Source: Octopus sinensis (lineage: Eukaryota). From it: 64,000 nt of DNA. The notes under the pieces are model-generated. The model was not told the origin of the DNA. It made no database searches and was given only the letters and a program-made list of their open reading frames with translations. Made by a program: the position numbers and the translations under genes. Location of the stretch: the NCBI RefSeq assembly GCF_006345805.1, contig NC_042997.1, forward strand, positions 41,478,001 through 41,542,000. Direction: 5' to 3'. Below are positions 39,650 through 53,169 of the stretch, one piece after another (the stretch's first letter is position 1; each line of letters begins with the position of its first letter).

Positions 39650-39845
39650 CACACAGCCACCACCACCACCACAACTATCCAACCACTATCACCACCAGCC
39701 ACCACCACCACCACAACTATCCAACCACTATCACCACCAGCCACCACCACCACCACAACTATCCAACCACTATCACCACCAGCCACCACCACCACCACAA
39801 CTATCCAACCACTATCACCACCAGCCACCACCACCACCACCACCA
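39650..39845. repeat. 42-bp minisatellite, ~4.5 copies
   Basis: acaactatcc at 39671, 39713, 39755, 39797. Confidence 0.9.
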
Positions 39846-40744
39846 CCACCATATCACATTCACCACCACAACTATCCTACTACAACCACCACCATCAGCA
39901 GCAGCATTGTCATGGCTTCCACTTCAACCACATACACCGCCATCACTAGAGTCGATGTAATTGACTTAATCCCTTTGTCTGTCCTTGTTTGTCCCCTCTG
40001 TGTTTAGCCCCTTGTGGGCAATATAGAAATATATAATGAGGTGAGAGACCGGTGGGAGGGGAGAGAGAATGTAGGTGAATTTTTGCGTGAGTGTGTAAGT
40101 GTATGTGTAAGTGTGTATTTCTATGTATACGCTTATACATTGGTGCGCATGCAAGTATGTACGCACACCCCTGTTAAATGAAAGAATAGCCTCCTGTCTT
40201 ATTCTCTCGTTATCATGACGGTTACCTTGACAGTCACTTTTACCACCACAACCTGTATAACCACTGCAATACCACCACCACCACCCGACTCACACTGTCA
40301 TGAACACCACTATTACCACCATCACATCAGCATCGCACAACATACTGCTCCTGTCGCCATTATAACCATCGATACTATTTTATCCTCCCATCCTTATCTC
40401 GACCATCGTCATCATCAACACTGTCTCTGCTTTCACCACCAATCACCGTCAAAACTACGATCACCACAATCAGTTTCTTTACACAGTTGAAAATCCATTT
40501 TCCGATACTCATGGGACCGAGATTGTTGCAGATTTTTGGTTTTTCTAATTTCGGAGTGCTTTATTAAAAACAAAATTGCATCTACAAAACGGAACAGTTT
40601 GAGGATAGAAACCAGGTCTAAACACAATAGATTATAGACATACTCTCAATGTAGTTCTATATAAATATTTAATATTTTTTTTTATACTTAAGACCGTCAG
40701 AAATGTTAAGATATCAGCCTCTACCCATGTTGTCACGCTTTGAT

Positions 40745-41245
40745 TAAAAGGCTACAGCATAGATTAGATTACTTAGATAAGTTTCGGCCAAAGTTGACTC
40801 AGGCCATGTCTAATTTAATAGCCCTACCTGGAAAAGATACACTGTCAGCTCTGGGGAACCGTAGCCCATTCAAGCAGAGGGTTATTGTTTACAGAGGCAT
40901 ATCTGGGTGTGGGTGGTTTATCTGGTATTTGTTGGGGGTAATCATCTCGGTATCGTTTAAATACCGCGAAGTCACTTTCCTCCTTTATGTGTATTTGACA
41001 CGATGTTGAAGAGAGCAGGGTCAACTGAGGTGAAATAATTCTGTCCTAGTGTTGTGATACGACACGAACATTTCTGTAGTGGGTGGATGGCACGGGGGCC
41101 AAGCCTCGGACGAATTTTTAAGATGGGCAATGTTGATGGAATATTTTCCACATCATACAGATGATATAGAGCTTACAGCGGCCGTGTAGGGAGCAAAACC
41201 TGAGCTTTTTGAGCCGATCCCAATAGTCAAGGCTTGTCATGTCAT
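40745..41245 (-). mobile_element. CR1-like 3' fragment, family of 24020-24937
   Basis: Shared caggccatgtctaa, cagagggttattgttt, gttgaagagagcagg, aatattttccacatcatacaga. Confidence 0.75.
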
Positions 41246-41254
41246 CCTCCGCAA

Positions 41255-41741
41255 ACCTCCACTAAGCAGCTAAGAGTTCAAATTCCGCCGAGGTTGACTT
41301 TGCCTTTAATCCTTTCGGGGCCGATTAAATAAGTACCAGTTGCGCACTGTGGTCGATGTAATCAACTTAATCTGTTTCTCTGTACTTGTTTGTCTCCTCT
41401 GTGTTTAGCCCCTTGTGGGTAGTAAAGAAATAGGTATTTCGTCTGCCGTTACGTTCTGAGTTCAAATTCCGCCGAGGTTGACTTTGCCTTTCATCCTTTC
41501 GGCGTCGATAAATTAAGTACCAGTTACGCACTGGGGTCGATATAATCGACTTAATCCGTTTGTCTATCTTTATTTGTCCTCTCTGTGTTTAGCCCCTTGT
41601 GGATAGTAAAGAGATAGTTATTTCGTCAACCCTTAAGTTCTGAGTTCAAATTCCGCCGAGGTCGACTTTGCCTTTCATCCTTTCTGTGTTGATAAATTAA
41701 ATACCAGTTGCGTACTGGGGTCGATCTAATCGACTGGCCCC
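41255..41741 (+). mobile_element. Head-to-tail trimer of SINE bodies; the last copy is split by the Gypsy insertion and resumes at 45834-45885
   Basis: gagttcaaattccgccgagg three times; cgactggcccc | gccccctcacccaaaatttcgggccttgtgcc. Confidence 0.8.
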
Positions 41742-44700
41742 TGTGGGATGACGTCAGCAGCTAGGGAGCTGACCGGAAGAGGAAGTGTGCAGGAGTGACG
41801 CGCGCGCAGGCAAGGGACAATCGGGGTAACCGACAGTGCTGGATGTGTGAGCGCTTCGACAAGGTAAGGAAAAAGCAGCTGCTATTTTTAGAGTTCGGAT
41901 CGGGCCACGTGGACGGGTGCGTTACCACCGGGGAGGTCTGCGTTGTCGAAGAGAGGTTGGTGTCTTTACTTCAAATTCCCCGCTTACACCACAAGCTATT
42001 TCGGCACTCCACATAAGTCGTCACCACGATGACAGCTAAAATCAGAATCGCCAGCGACGTTATCAGACCTTCTAATGGTGAGGGCGATGTAGTGGCCTGG
42101 ATGCGTAAAATTAGGCTTGTGGCGAGACTGCAGGGCATTAGCGATGTAGTGAGCCTTATGGCACTCTGTTTGGAAGGGAGCGCGTTGACTCTATACCTCG
42201 AGATGGACGAAGAAGAACGTCTGAGCTAAGAGAAGATTGAGCAACGTCTGAGAGAGGCTTAAGCCGAGTGTGAATATACAGCCGGGCACGATTAGATGGA
42301 CGGGAGAGCAGTTGGATGAATACGCGGCGGAGGTGCGTAGGCTGACCACGCTGATTGTGTTTACAGGAGAAGGCCTGGAGAGAGCAGCGCGACTGGCGTT
42401 CGTAAGTGGGTTCTCTGACGACGTAGAGATTCGACTGCAGCAATTGCCCGGGAGCAAAAGATGGCGCTGAGCGAACTTGTGACTCACTCCCATGTGTTGA
42501 CGCGAAACACTGGATGGAAGGCGATAACGATGGCGGTAACGAAGGTGCGTAAAGACGGACGATCGCCGGAGAAAGACGCGAAGAAGCCTACCGTGCAACG
42601 ACAGCGGTCGTTCTGAGGCTGGTGTTTAAAATGTCAGGGGTCGCGCATGGTGAGGGAGTGTACACAACCGGAGCCCGTCTGCTATCGATGCAGGCAGACA
42701 GGACACATCGCCCGTGATTGCGACCAGCGAAACGACCGTGGGGAAGTTGCTGCCTCTTGTTCCCCCGCAAACGAGTAGAGGCGCTTTTAGAAACGCTGCT
42801 CTTAATTGATGTCGAGGTCGAGGGAAAGACGTTCAAGGCCTTCGTAGATACGGGTTTCACGACCACCCTCGTAACTTCAAGGGTGACGAAGAAATGGAAT
42901 GGGGCAAGTAGCGTCCGGGCGGTCGACGGCAGCGAAATCCGTTGCAAAGGCAGCAGCAAGGTAGAGATAGTGGTGCGATGCGCGACGCTAAGACTGCAGG
43001 TAATTCTGGTTGAACGCGGGATAGACGGGATTGATGTGATGATGGGGATGGACGCTATCAACCGCCTCGGTGGCGTCAGTATTGTAGGAGATGAGATCAC
43101 GTTCGGAAGTGTGGGGGTGTCGTGCGCTGTGAGTCAGGCTCGCCATAGAAAGCAGAGCCCCGCGAGGGACTGCGCCACTTACACCATCGAGGACAAGGAT
43201 TTGCAGGCGGTATTCGATGGTCAGCGGTGGACGATAGAGTGGCGATGGAAAGACGAGCTCCCGATGCTGAAGAACAGGGTGAGCTGCTACCAGCGTACCC
43301 TGAAAGGTCACGCCAGGGTCGAGTTCGAAGACGAGATAGAGAGGTGTATCGAGGAAGGAGTCCTTGCCCCGTGGGAGGAGGAGGTAGTGGGTGGAGTGCT
43401 ACCTCTTAGGTGGTGGTGCAGCCGACGAAGGGAAAAGTCAGACTTTAGAGAGCTAAACGCGCATATATCGTGCCACACGGGAGGCGAGGCAACTGACGTT
43501 TGTGGCGAGACGTTATGTGTGTGGAGACAGTCGACCAAGGCAGCGACGATTGTCGACTGGAAATCGGCATACTTGCAGCCCCATGTGAGCGACAAACTGT
43601 GGCGATATCAGCTGGTGCGGTACAAGGGCCGGACGTACTGTTTAACCAGGTTGGGTTTCGGACTGAATTCCGCTCCGAAGATCATGGCGGCAGTGCTTAA
43701 GTCCGTCCTAGGGAAGGAGGACAAGATTAGAAAGGCCACCAGTTCCTACATAGACGACATTTTGGTGGACAAAACTGTAGTGCCAGCCAACGAGGTAGTG
43801 AGACTCTGGAGAAGTTCGGACTGATTGCGAAGCCACCGGAGTCGATGAAAGGGGGAGATGCACTGGGGCTGAGGCTGCGAAGAGATAGATCGAGAGAGTT
43901 GGTGTCCCGGATAGGAAATGAAATCCCAGAGCTGAGTTCCAGCGTCAGCAGGAGAGCGCTGTTCTCGGTGTGTGGGAAGTTGGTCGGTGACTACCCGATC
44001 GCTGGATAGCTGCACACAGCATACAGTAACATCAAGAGATGAGCAGAGGGGGGAGTTGGGATGACAAGGTGGGAGAAGGGACGGTGGCGATGATGCGGGA
44101 GATCCTAGAACGAGAAAACCCGTTCAGGGGGAACTGGTATGTGCCCAAGCCGGAATGCGGGACCGTCTGGTGTGCTGCTAGCAGTATAGCGATAGGGGTT
44201 GTGTTGGAGATCGAAGACGTTGAGGTGGAGGTCGCGGCCTGGCTTCGGAAAGTAGACGACTTTAACCACACCAATGTCGCCGTATTAGACTCGGTGCTGA
44301 AGGGGGTGAACTTTGACCTGAAAAGGGGGCTGCACTTAATCAAAATCCGGACGTATTCGGCCACTATGCTTGGCTGGGTAGGATCGGTGATCACCGGTGA
44401 GAGGAGAGTTCGGATGAAAAGTACCGCGGAGATGTTGGTGAAGCGACGTCTAGGAGTTCTAGGAGAATTGATTGCCGAATTCAGACTGAAGCTGAACGTG
44501 GTTTTCGTGCCTTCGGAGAAAAACAGGGCGGACGCACTGACCAGGGTGAAAATGGCGTGGTTGGAGGAGCCGGAGGAGGCACAGAAAGGGACAGCTGCGG
44601 CGTGTCGGTTGGGTGACTCCGAACTGAAGAGACTGCACGCTTTGCCTCACTTAGGTGTGGACAGGATCCAATATCTTGCGAAGATGATTGAAGCTGACGT

Positions 44701-45833
44701 CACTAGGAGAAGCATCCGGAAAGTGGTCGGGAACCGCGACAAGTGTCAGTCCATTGACCCTGCTTCGTGTGGGCATGAGCAAGGAAACCTTTCGGTGGAG
44801 CACAACTGGAAGTGACTTGCTGTGGTTGTGACGCATTAGCGACAGGGAATGTATCTCTCTGGTCGACTGCAGGCCGGGCTAGCTGGCCATTTGGAGGGAG
44901 TTGAGGACGGGCATTGCTGACGAGATTGCGCAGATTTTGAACGGGATATTTTTAGAGAGAGGGCCTGTGGAAGAACTGCTAATGGCCAACGGGGCGGCGT
45001 TTCGTTCGGAAGCATTGAGGGTTATGCTCGGACGGTGGAAAGTGCGTCGCTTGTTCAGAGCAGCGTATAGGCCGAACAGTAACGGAATCGTGGAGAGACA
45101 CCATCGGACAGTCCAGATCATAGCAAAAAGAGGACACATTTCGCCGCTGGAAGCAGTTTTCTGGTACAACATGTCTCCCCGATCGAGAAAAGCTGAAAAA
45201 TCTGTGCCAAACAAAGCGCTATTTAAATACGAATGGAGGCATCCGAGTAAAGCACCGGAGTGTCACGAAGAAGAGAAGGGACCCGCCTGCGTGAAAATAG
45301 GGGAGAAAGTCTGGGTTAAGCCTCCGAAGACGCGCTGTACATCTGAATGAAGCAGAGGAATGGTGACGGCGGTCAATTTCAGAAACAACGTCTCCGTGGA
45401 TGGAATGCCGCGACATGTCTTCGCAGGATTGTCGCTTCGTCGGATGACGATTGTGGAGAGGAGGAGAACGAGGTGCCTTGCCCGAGAAGATATCGACGCG
45501 CAAAGCGCCCTCCCGGTTGGATAGTGGACTTCGACGTGGAGTAGAGAGAATGTGATCCTTAAGATCAGAGTGGCGTGTGGGATGACGTCAGCAGCTGGGA
45601 AGCTGACCAGAACTTGGGAGCTGACCTGAAGAAGAAGGGCACAGGGGCCTTTTCGATCGGGGTAGCCGACAGTGCTGGACTTGTGAGCACTTCGACAAAG
45701 TAAGGGAAAAGTATTTCTTGCTTTTCTGCTGGGATGAGAACTTGAGTTATTCCTTGCCAGTCACGTATCAACAGGAACTGATCCAGTCTTTTGCACTGGA
45801 GCCAATCACAGAGAACCTTCCGCATACACCACA
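41742..45833 (+). mobile_element. Degenerate Ty3/Gypsy LTR retrotransposon with 5-bp TSD GCCCC
   Basis: TG...CA ends; TSD at 41737-41741 and 45834-45838; gag, CCHC CYRCRQTGHIARDC (~42680), protease VDTG, RT YIDD, RNase H, integrase GIVERHH; degenerate tRNA-Trp-type PBS at ~42018-42031; stops and frameshifts. Confidence 0.9.
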
Positions 45834-46384
45834 GCCCCCTCACCCAAAATTTCGGGCCTTGTGCCTAGAATAGAAAAGAATATTGAAGATGACGTAAGCA
45901 TTGAGATAAAGAATGATTGTTTGCGGGAATAGGAGATACGGGGAAAATATATTCACACGGTGTGTGGGAATGCTGGATAACATCGGCATACATATACACT
46001 GCAACACACACACACACACATCCTTTAATCAAACATATACACACAGCAATATACACATCCACCAACAGAGACACTGCAACAAAGACATTCAAACAAAGTT
46101 ATGCACAAATATGTCTAAGTAACACCCACACATATATAAACGTCCTTCTGCTACATTATATATAAACCAACGACATTTGGGAGTCTCATAATTCTCTCTG
46201 CTGTTTCAACGAACAGAACTCGCAAGACGTTAAACGGACATCAGGCTGATATTGAAACCTAAATATTATTGTATTTACACATTTACATCGTTAAACATTC
46301 ACTACAACAATTTCAAACATAAATATACTTTTCTATTGAACTTTATTTTAATTTCATACAGTATTTTACTGACAAGAAACTGCT

Positions 46385-46875
46385 AAAACCTCTGGTAACA
46401 AAACATTTCATTTATTTCGTTTTGGGATTTGGTTTGCAAGATTCTTTATGTGTTTTTCGTGTGTTGAAGCATATTCTGTTGTGTCTGGGGAGAGTCATTC
46501 TCTTTTGGGTGACTTATAATTTAACAAACTCACCTGTAAAATTTCCACTTATTTCTTTTTTATTTTTCCAAACTTTTCGTTCCGTCCAGCAACCTTTTCA
46601 ATAGTTTTTACTCTCTCTTTCATTTACATTTCCAGAATATAATATAAAATCTAATTTGTTTATAACTATATAAAATGATGGAAATTAGACGAAAGAAAAT
46701 GTTCCTTTATTTCGTTTTTGGATTTGGTTTGCAAGATTCTTTATGTGAGTTTGTGTGTTAAAGCATATTCTGTTGCGCTTGGAGTGAGTCATCCTTTTTT
46801 AGTGCCTTATAATTTCGCCGGTGAGTTTGTTAAATTATAAGGCACTAAAAGAGAATGACTCTCCCCAGATACCAC
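46385..46875. repeat. Local direct duplication plus inverted copy of an AT-rich ~120-bp block
   Basis: atttcgttttgggatttggtttgcaagattctttatgtg at ~46414 and ~46710; 46822-46875 is the reverse complement of ~46483-46535. Confidence 0.7.
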
Positions 46876-47564
46876 ATAATGGTCCTCTAATCATCCAGCA
46901 TTTTAGTTAGTCTATGATGGATTCTCAATTCACAAATGAGATTTAGAATTTGTAAATCAGTTTTATAGCTTAAAAATTAATTGGTTGTTTTTTTCATAAA
47001 TTTCATTTCCGTAATGTTTGTCAGTTGAGAAAGCCCCTGCCTATAACCCTTGTTTTTTTTTACCTGGGTCTTCGAGAGTGGCGAGTGGGAGGAAGACAGT
47101 CCCAAAACACGAGACCCAACACGAATATATAAACAGAAAAAATTCTATGCTAAAAGGAATCCAGGATCATGTGATCCTGTTAAAATAGGTGATAGCTTAA
47201 TCGACTTATCTCGTCCCCTGAAATTACCGGCCTTGTGCCAAAATTTGAAACAAATATTTAATCTTGAATTTAAATGTAATAGTTCTGGTAATTAAAGAAG
47301 GATTGTGTGAATATAAAATGGTTTCGTGACAGCATATAGCTTTTAATCACCATATACACATACATACACACGCATATATGTTTATCCCATGTTAACATGT
47401 TAATCTTTTAATGTGGAATGCATTAAATATGTTTTCTCTTCTTGAATATTATTTATCAGATGGATGGCTTCTGGCAATTATTTCAAAATGTCTGTAATTA
47501 TTATAAACTTTAATTATAACTAACAACGGAGACTATAAACTGCTACATGAACTAAACATTTATT

Positions 47565-47865
47565 TGTTCCTTCTCGAGCAATGCCTGACTCATAAGGGCC
47601 GGTTTCCCGGTTTCCTTGGCGTAGAGGTTCCCCACCTGGACTGGATTCCGGTCCGTCGCAGGTGAGCTTCAAGATGCAGGAGGAAAAAGTGAGAGAAAGT
47701 TGTGGCGAAAGAGTCAGCAGAAGTTGGCCATTACCTTCTGCCGGAGCCGCGTGGAGCTTAGGTGTTTCGCTCATAAACACACACACATCACCCGGTCTGA
47801 GATTCGAACCCACGATCCCTCGACCGCGAGTCCGCTGCTCTAACCACTATGCTATGCGCCTCCTT
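47565..47865 (-). mobile_element. tRNA-derived SINE (third family)
   Basis: Minus strand ggaggcgcatagcatagtggttagagcagcggactcgcggtcgagggatcgtgggttcgaatctcag; related head at 51742. Confidence 0.75.
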
Positions 47866-48123
47866 GAACTAAACATGTTAGGCAATGAGTGTTTGCGGGA
47901 GAGTCATGGCTGGAGTTGCTAGATAAGAATTAAGTTAAACCCTGACAGTAGGAAACGTAAATTTTATATATTTTGAACACATGTAATTGCCATATTTCAA
48001 ATATATTTCATGCTTACAAAAACTATTTTAATGCTTAAATATTTCAACTTAATAAGGTGGTGAGGTGGGAGTAACAACTGGACTTGTGTCAAATTTGAAC
48101 CAGTTTTGCAACTTTACAAAATA

Positions 48124-48374
48124 TTGGGTTGGTGCATAATTATTGCGGCGTTTTTTCAACAAATTTTATTCTACAAAAACAATAGAAGTATTTATCAAAA
48201 ACATCTTTAAATGACGGTCTGACCGTCTGCCAAGCAAATGAGAAGCAGTAATTGAAGTAGATGCTGAATATGCTCCGGAATAATCATTTAAAGATGTTTT
48301 TGTTAAATATCGTTATTGTTTTTGTTGAATAAAATTTGTTGAAAAAACGCCGCAATAATTATGCACCAACCCAA
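48124..48374. mobile_element. Mariner-type MITE with TA TSD
   Basis: At least 48-bp perfect ITRs ttgggttggtgcataattattgcggcg...; TA at 48122-23 and 48375-76. Confidence 0.9.
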
Positions 48375-48618
48375 TATTTATTAAGTTGAAAAACTGGTTC
48401 AAATTTGACACAAATCCAGCTGTTACTCCCACCTCCCTACCTTATTAAGTTGAAATATTAAAACATTAAAATAGTTTTTATAAGCAGGAAATATAATTGA
48501 AATATATAATAGATAAACTTAGATATGTTTCGACCAAAGATTGGTCCAGGCCATGTCTAACCTTATAGCACCACCTGGTAAATATATGCTTATAGATTGC
48601 ATTTGTTATATATTATAT

Positions 48619-48819
48619 CAGTGGTTTTCAACCAGGGTTCCGCCAGTACAGTCCAGGGGTTCCGCAAGAAGTTACAAAACTGCTAAAATCAGCAGTAATT
48701 TTTAATTCTCCTGTGCAGATATGTGTGCATAAGACAATTAAATTATTACACAGGGGTTCCTCGAGCCAGTGGAATGTTTCCTTGGGGTTCCGCTCCAGCA
48801 AAAATGTTGAAAAGCACTG
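48619..48819. mobile_element. hAT-type MITE with 8-bp TSD TATTATAT
   Basis: TIRs CAGTGGTTTTCAAC / GTTGAAAAGCACTG; TSD at 48611-18 and 48820-27. Confidence 0.85.
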
Positions 48820-49149
48820 TATTATATATTCGAAAAATAAAATGAATAGAAATAGATTTTCTCGTTAGGAAAAGTGACTGATAGGAGATCCTCGCTGTAT
48901 CAGGACAATTAGCCTCTAGGACAATTACTCCACTTGGTTATTTACCCCTTCTCCAATATATTAAGAAGTTTTAAATAATCATCTGATGTCCTCAGGAGTG
49001 ATTGTCCTAGCAAGGGGGAGGTGGTGGTTATTGTCCAGGGGGGTGAGTAAATATCCTAGACTCATTATTTGCTTAAGAGCGATCATCAGACTGATGTTTT
49101 AGAGTTTATTATTCATTGTTTAATTAGGGGGTATTTAATTACCAACTAG

Positions 49150-49306
49150 GAGTGGCTGTGTGGTAAGTAGTTTACTTACGAACCACATGGGTCCGGGTTC
49201 ATTCCCACTGCGTGGCACCTCGAGCAAGTGTCTTCTACTATAGCCTCGGGCCGACAAAGCCTTGTGAGTGGATTTGGTAGACGGAAACTGAAAGAGGCCC
49301 GTCGTA

Positions 49307-49352
<46 letters not shown>

Positions 49353-49590
49353 ATTATATATATATCTGTGTGTGTCTGTGTATGCTTGTGTGTCTGTGTT
49401 TGTCCCTCCAACATCACTTGGCAATCGATGCTGGTGTGTTTACGTCCCCGTAACTTAGCGGTTCGGTAAAAGATTTTGACAGAATAAGTACTAGGCTTAC
49501 AAAGAATAAGTCCTGGGGTCGATATGCTCGACTAAAGGTGGTGCTCCATCATGGCCACAGTCAAATGACTGAAACAAGTAAAAGAGTACA
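49150..49590 (+). mobile_element. Full-length-looking tRNA-derived SINE with internal microsatellite
   Basis: ggagtggctgtgtggtaagtagtt...ccatcatggccacagtcaaatgactgaaacaagtaaaagagta. Confidence 0.85.
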
Positions 49591-49715
49591 CGCATACATA
49601 CAAACACTGACACACACCCACATACACACACTCACACACACACACATATATACCCATACATAAACAGGTATATAAAGAAACGTCTACATACCCGAAAACA
49701 TGGACCTCACACATA

Positions 49716-50846
49716 CGAGGGGCGTTCAATAAGTAATGCCCCTGACCCACTTCCCATAGCAGTAGAGCAACGACATTTGGCACAGTTATTAGTCTTTTCC
49801 TACATAGGAACTACCCAGAGTTATGCATTTCTCCCATCGTTTGATACAGCTCTGGAGACCGTTTTTGTAGAAGACCCCAGCTTGGTCCTCCAACCACGAC
49901 CTGACTTCAGAAATCAAGGCTGCATCATCTGGGAAACGCTTTCCTTTCAAAATCAACTTCATGGCTGCGAAGAGGTGAAAATCAGAGGGTGCAAGGGGAG
50001 GAGTTCATAGCTGCACGCCTGTGCTTCTGATCTGGCGACACGCGAGTTGTGGACCGGAGCGTTGTCCTGCAGGAGGAGGATGCCTTTGCTGATCTTGCCC
50101 CGCCTCTTGATTTTGATAGCTTCTCTTAATTTCCTCAAAAGTGAAGCATAATAGGCTCCTGTAATTGTGGTACCCTTTGCCAGGAAATCTGTCATCACTA
50201 CTCCGTCCTGGTCCCAGAAGACTGTGAGCATAACTTTGTCAGCGGAGGGCTGCACCCTTGCCTTCTTTGGAGGGGGTGAGTCACGGTGCCTCGAGCACTC
50301 AACGCGTTCTTGCTTCTGGAAAGGTGTGAGCAACCTGGAAATCCATATGGCAGACACCTTTTGCATATGCAAATGGTCATGAATGATAGTTTCCACAGAC
50401 CCGGTACTAATCTTGACCTTATGGGCTATTTGGCGAATAGTTATGCGTTGACCTTCCAAAATGGCAGCCTCAACTTGACGGCAGAAGGTGGCGACCAGAT
50501 CTGGGAGCTGATTCCACAGAGTTCCGACTATGTTTGAATTCACAATGCCAGCGTTTTACAAGGTCATATGATGGGGCATCATCACCATAAGTTACTTTCT
50601 TTTCATCAAAAGTCTCCCGTGGTGTGCGTCCTTTCAAATACAAAAACCAGATCACTGCTCGACACTCAACAGGCTCCATTTCACACTTGACTCAGTTCAA
50701 ACACCTGTAAATAAGAAACCACAATTATTTCAGAGCTGTAATTCACCACTTAATCTATAGAGGTATAAATAAGTGCACATGCAAAATTTCAGCTAGATCA
50801 AACAACTGCTAGTGGGTCAGGGGCATTACTTATTGAACGCCCCTCG
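49716..50846 (-). mobile_element. Mariner element, 1131 bp, intact ITRs, frameshifted and internally deleted transposase
   Basis: ITR cgaggggcgttcaataagtaatgcccctgacccac at both ends; TA TSD; RAVIWFLYLKG, KVMLTVFWD, LLLQDNAPVH; the DETW region is missing. Confidence 0.92.
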
Positions 50847-50966
50847 TACATACACGCAGAGAAACACTCATACAACATATACGTATTCATTCACACAGAA
50901 TCACATATATTAATATATACATGCACATACAAAAAAACGGAGTGGAGGAATATATATATATAGGTA

Positions 50967-51031
<65 letters not shown>

Positions 51032-51144
51032 ATGTATATATGTATGTATATATACGTATATATATATACGTATATAAATATATGGATATATATATATTTG
51101 CATATAGTTATACGTATATATACGTATATATATGTATATCTATA

Positions 51145-51176
<32 letters not shown>

Positions 51177-51599
51177 CACCATGATCGACCAGGCTAACAG
51201 ATGTTGCTACACATCGCTGGTCACAATGCGCTTCACATTGTTTTAGCCCCCAACAGACGCCACTCCGCTGGCTAAGTGAGCAGGCCAATAGTATATATAT
51301 ATATATATATAATATATATATGATAGATAGATAGATAGAAGATAGAAGATAGATAGATAGATGATAGATAGATAGATAGATAGATAGATATAGATATAGA
51401 TATAGATATACGTATATATATATATATTGATTTGATTTTGATTTTCCAGTTTCAGCTAATGAGCTGTGGCCATGCTGGGCAACCGCCATTTGGTTTGCTA
51501 CACGGTTTTACCTCACGGATGCTTTTTAGCAAACGCCATCTGATGCAGTAGAGAGTTCGATGCAGCTGCCCTCATCTGCGCCTCCTGCCGTGAAGTTGG

Positions 51600-51661
<62 letters not shown>

Positions 51662-51741
51662 ATATATATACGCATATATATGTGTGTGTATATATATATA
51701 TATATGTGTATGTGTGTGTGTGCGTGTGTGTGTGTGTGTGT

Positions 51742-52040
51742 GGATGTGCAATAGCCCAATGGTTAGGGCAACGGACTCGCGGTCGTCGGATCGCAGTTTC
51801 GATTCCCAGACCGGGCGTTGTGAGTGTTTCTTGAGCGAAAACACCTAAAAGCTCCACGACGCTCCGGCAGGGGGTGGTGTCGATCCCTGCTGTACTTTTT
51901 CGCCACAACTTTCTCTCACTCTTTCTTCTGTTGGCCTGCTCACTTAGCCAGCGGGGTGGTGTCATTTGAAGGCTAAAACAATGCGAAGCGCATTGTGACC
52001 AGCGATGTATAGCAACATCTGATAGCCTAGTGAGTCATGG
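51742..52040 (+). mobile_element. tRNA-derived SINE
   Basis: tagcccaatggttagggcaacggactcgcggtcg...gtttcgattccc followed by body; 3' part also at 51180-51290 (minus). Confidence 0.75.
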
Positions 52041-52048
52041 TGATCACG

Positions 52049-52101
<53 letters not shown>

Positions 52102-52126
52102 TATGTGTGTGTATATTGTATATTAC

Positions 52127-52159
<33 letters not shown>

Positions 52160-52188
52160 GTGTGTATGTATATTGTATATTGTATATG

Positions 52189-52239
<51 letters not shown>

Positions 52240-52774
52240 TTATAATATATATATATATATATATATGTATGTATATGTTTATATATATGTACGAATAAAA
52301 CGCCCCCCCCCAGTCCACTGGACGGTGCTGAATCACATCTGCTGAATAAAAAGCAATCAGTGTTTTCTTTTCATTAAGATATAATTAATCATGCTTTTAT
52401 TTCAATAATTTTTTTTAGTTTTGTTCAACAAAGTTAAGGCAAAAAAAATTTCTTTACAAACCAAATAGTCTTTCCTTCCTTCATGCCAAGTTTGAAGAAA
52501 ATATCTCTTTTCGGTCTCTTAAATATGCTGCATTTTGTGGAATTATTTCAAGCCAGCCGGTCTTTTTTTGCGCAAAGTACACGTGCATTTTTCTCGCGTA
52601 TGCGTAGTATCGATCGCAACAGCTGATGTACTTGCGCGTACAAATGCACGTTCCCACGGTTTTATCGATCGCATTCTCACCTGGAATCGATTTTTGTTAT
52701 TTTTTCAAGACTTATACACGCCCTGATATCGCCAAATTTGAGCGCAATCGGATGGAGGCTGCCCGAGTTCCTAG

Positions 52775-52810
<36 letters not shown>

Positions 52811-53105
52811 CACACACACAGAACGGATTTTATATAACAGATACAGGGATAAGTTTGTATACATATATGTCTATATGTGTGTATATGATATATATGTTTA
52901 TATATATATATATATGTATATGATATATGTTTATATGTGTGTATATTATATATATGTTTATATATATATATATATGTGTGTGTGTATATATATATATTAA
53001 TATATATATATACATATATATATATGTATATTTATATATGTATATATGTGTATTTATATATGCATATGTATATTTATATATGTATATATATATATATATA
53101 TTATA

Positions 53106-53149
<44 letters not shown>

Positions 53150-53169
53150 ATATATATATATATATATAG

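Noticed and set aside
47050-47140. Possible minus-strand first exon (CCAG|GTAA donor at ~47060 with an upstream TATA-like motif)
   Set aside because: Motifs are too short to support without transcript data.
47790-47865. tRNA-like sequences (also 51742-51815, 38350-38450, 33235-33300)
   Set aside because: They have A/B-box-like motifs but continue into SINE bodies and lack a proper cloverleaf and terminator; treated as SINE heads.
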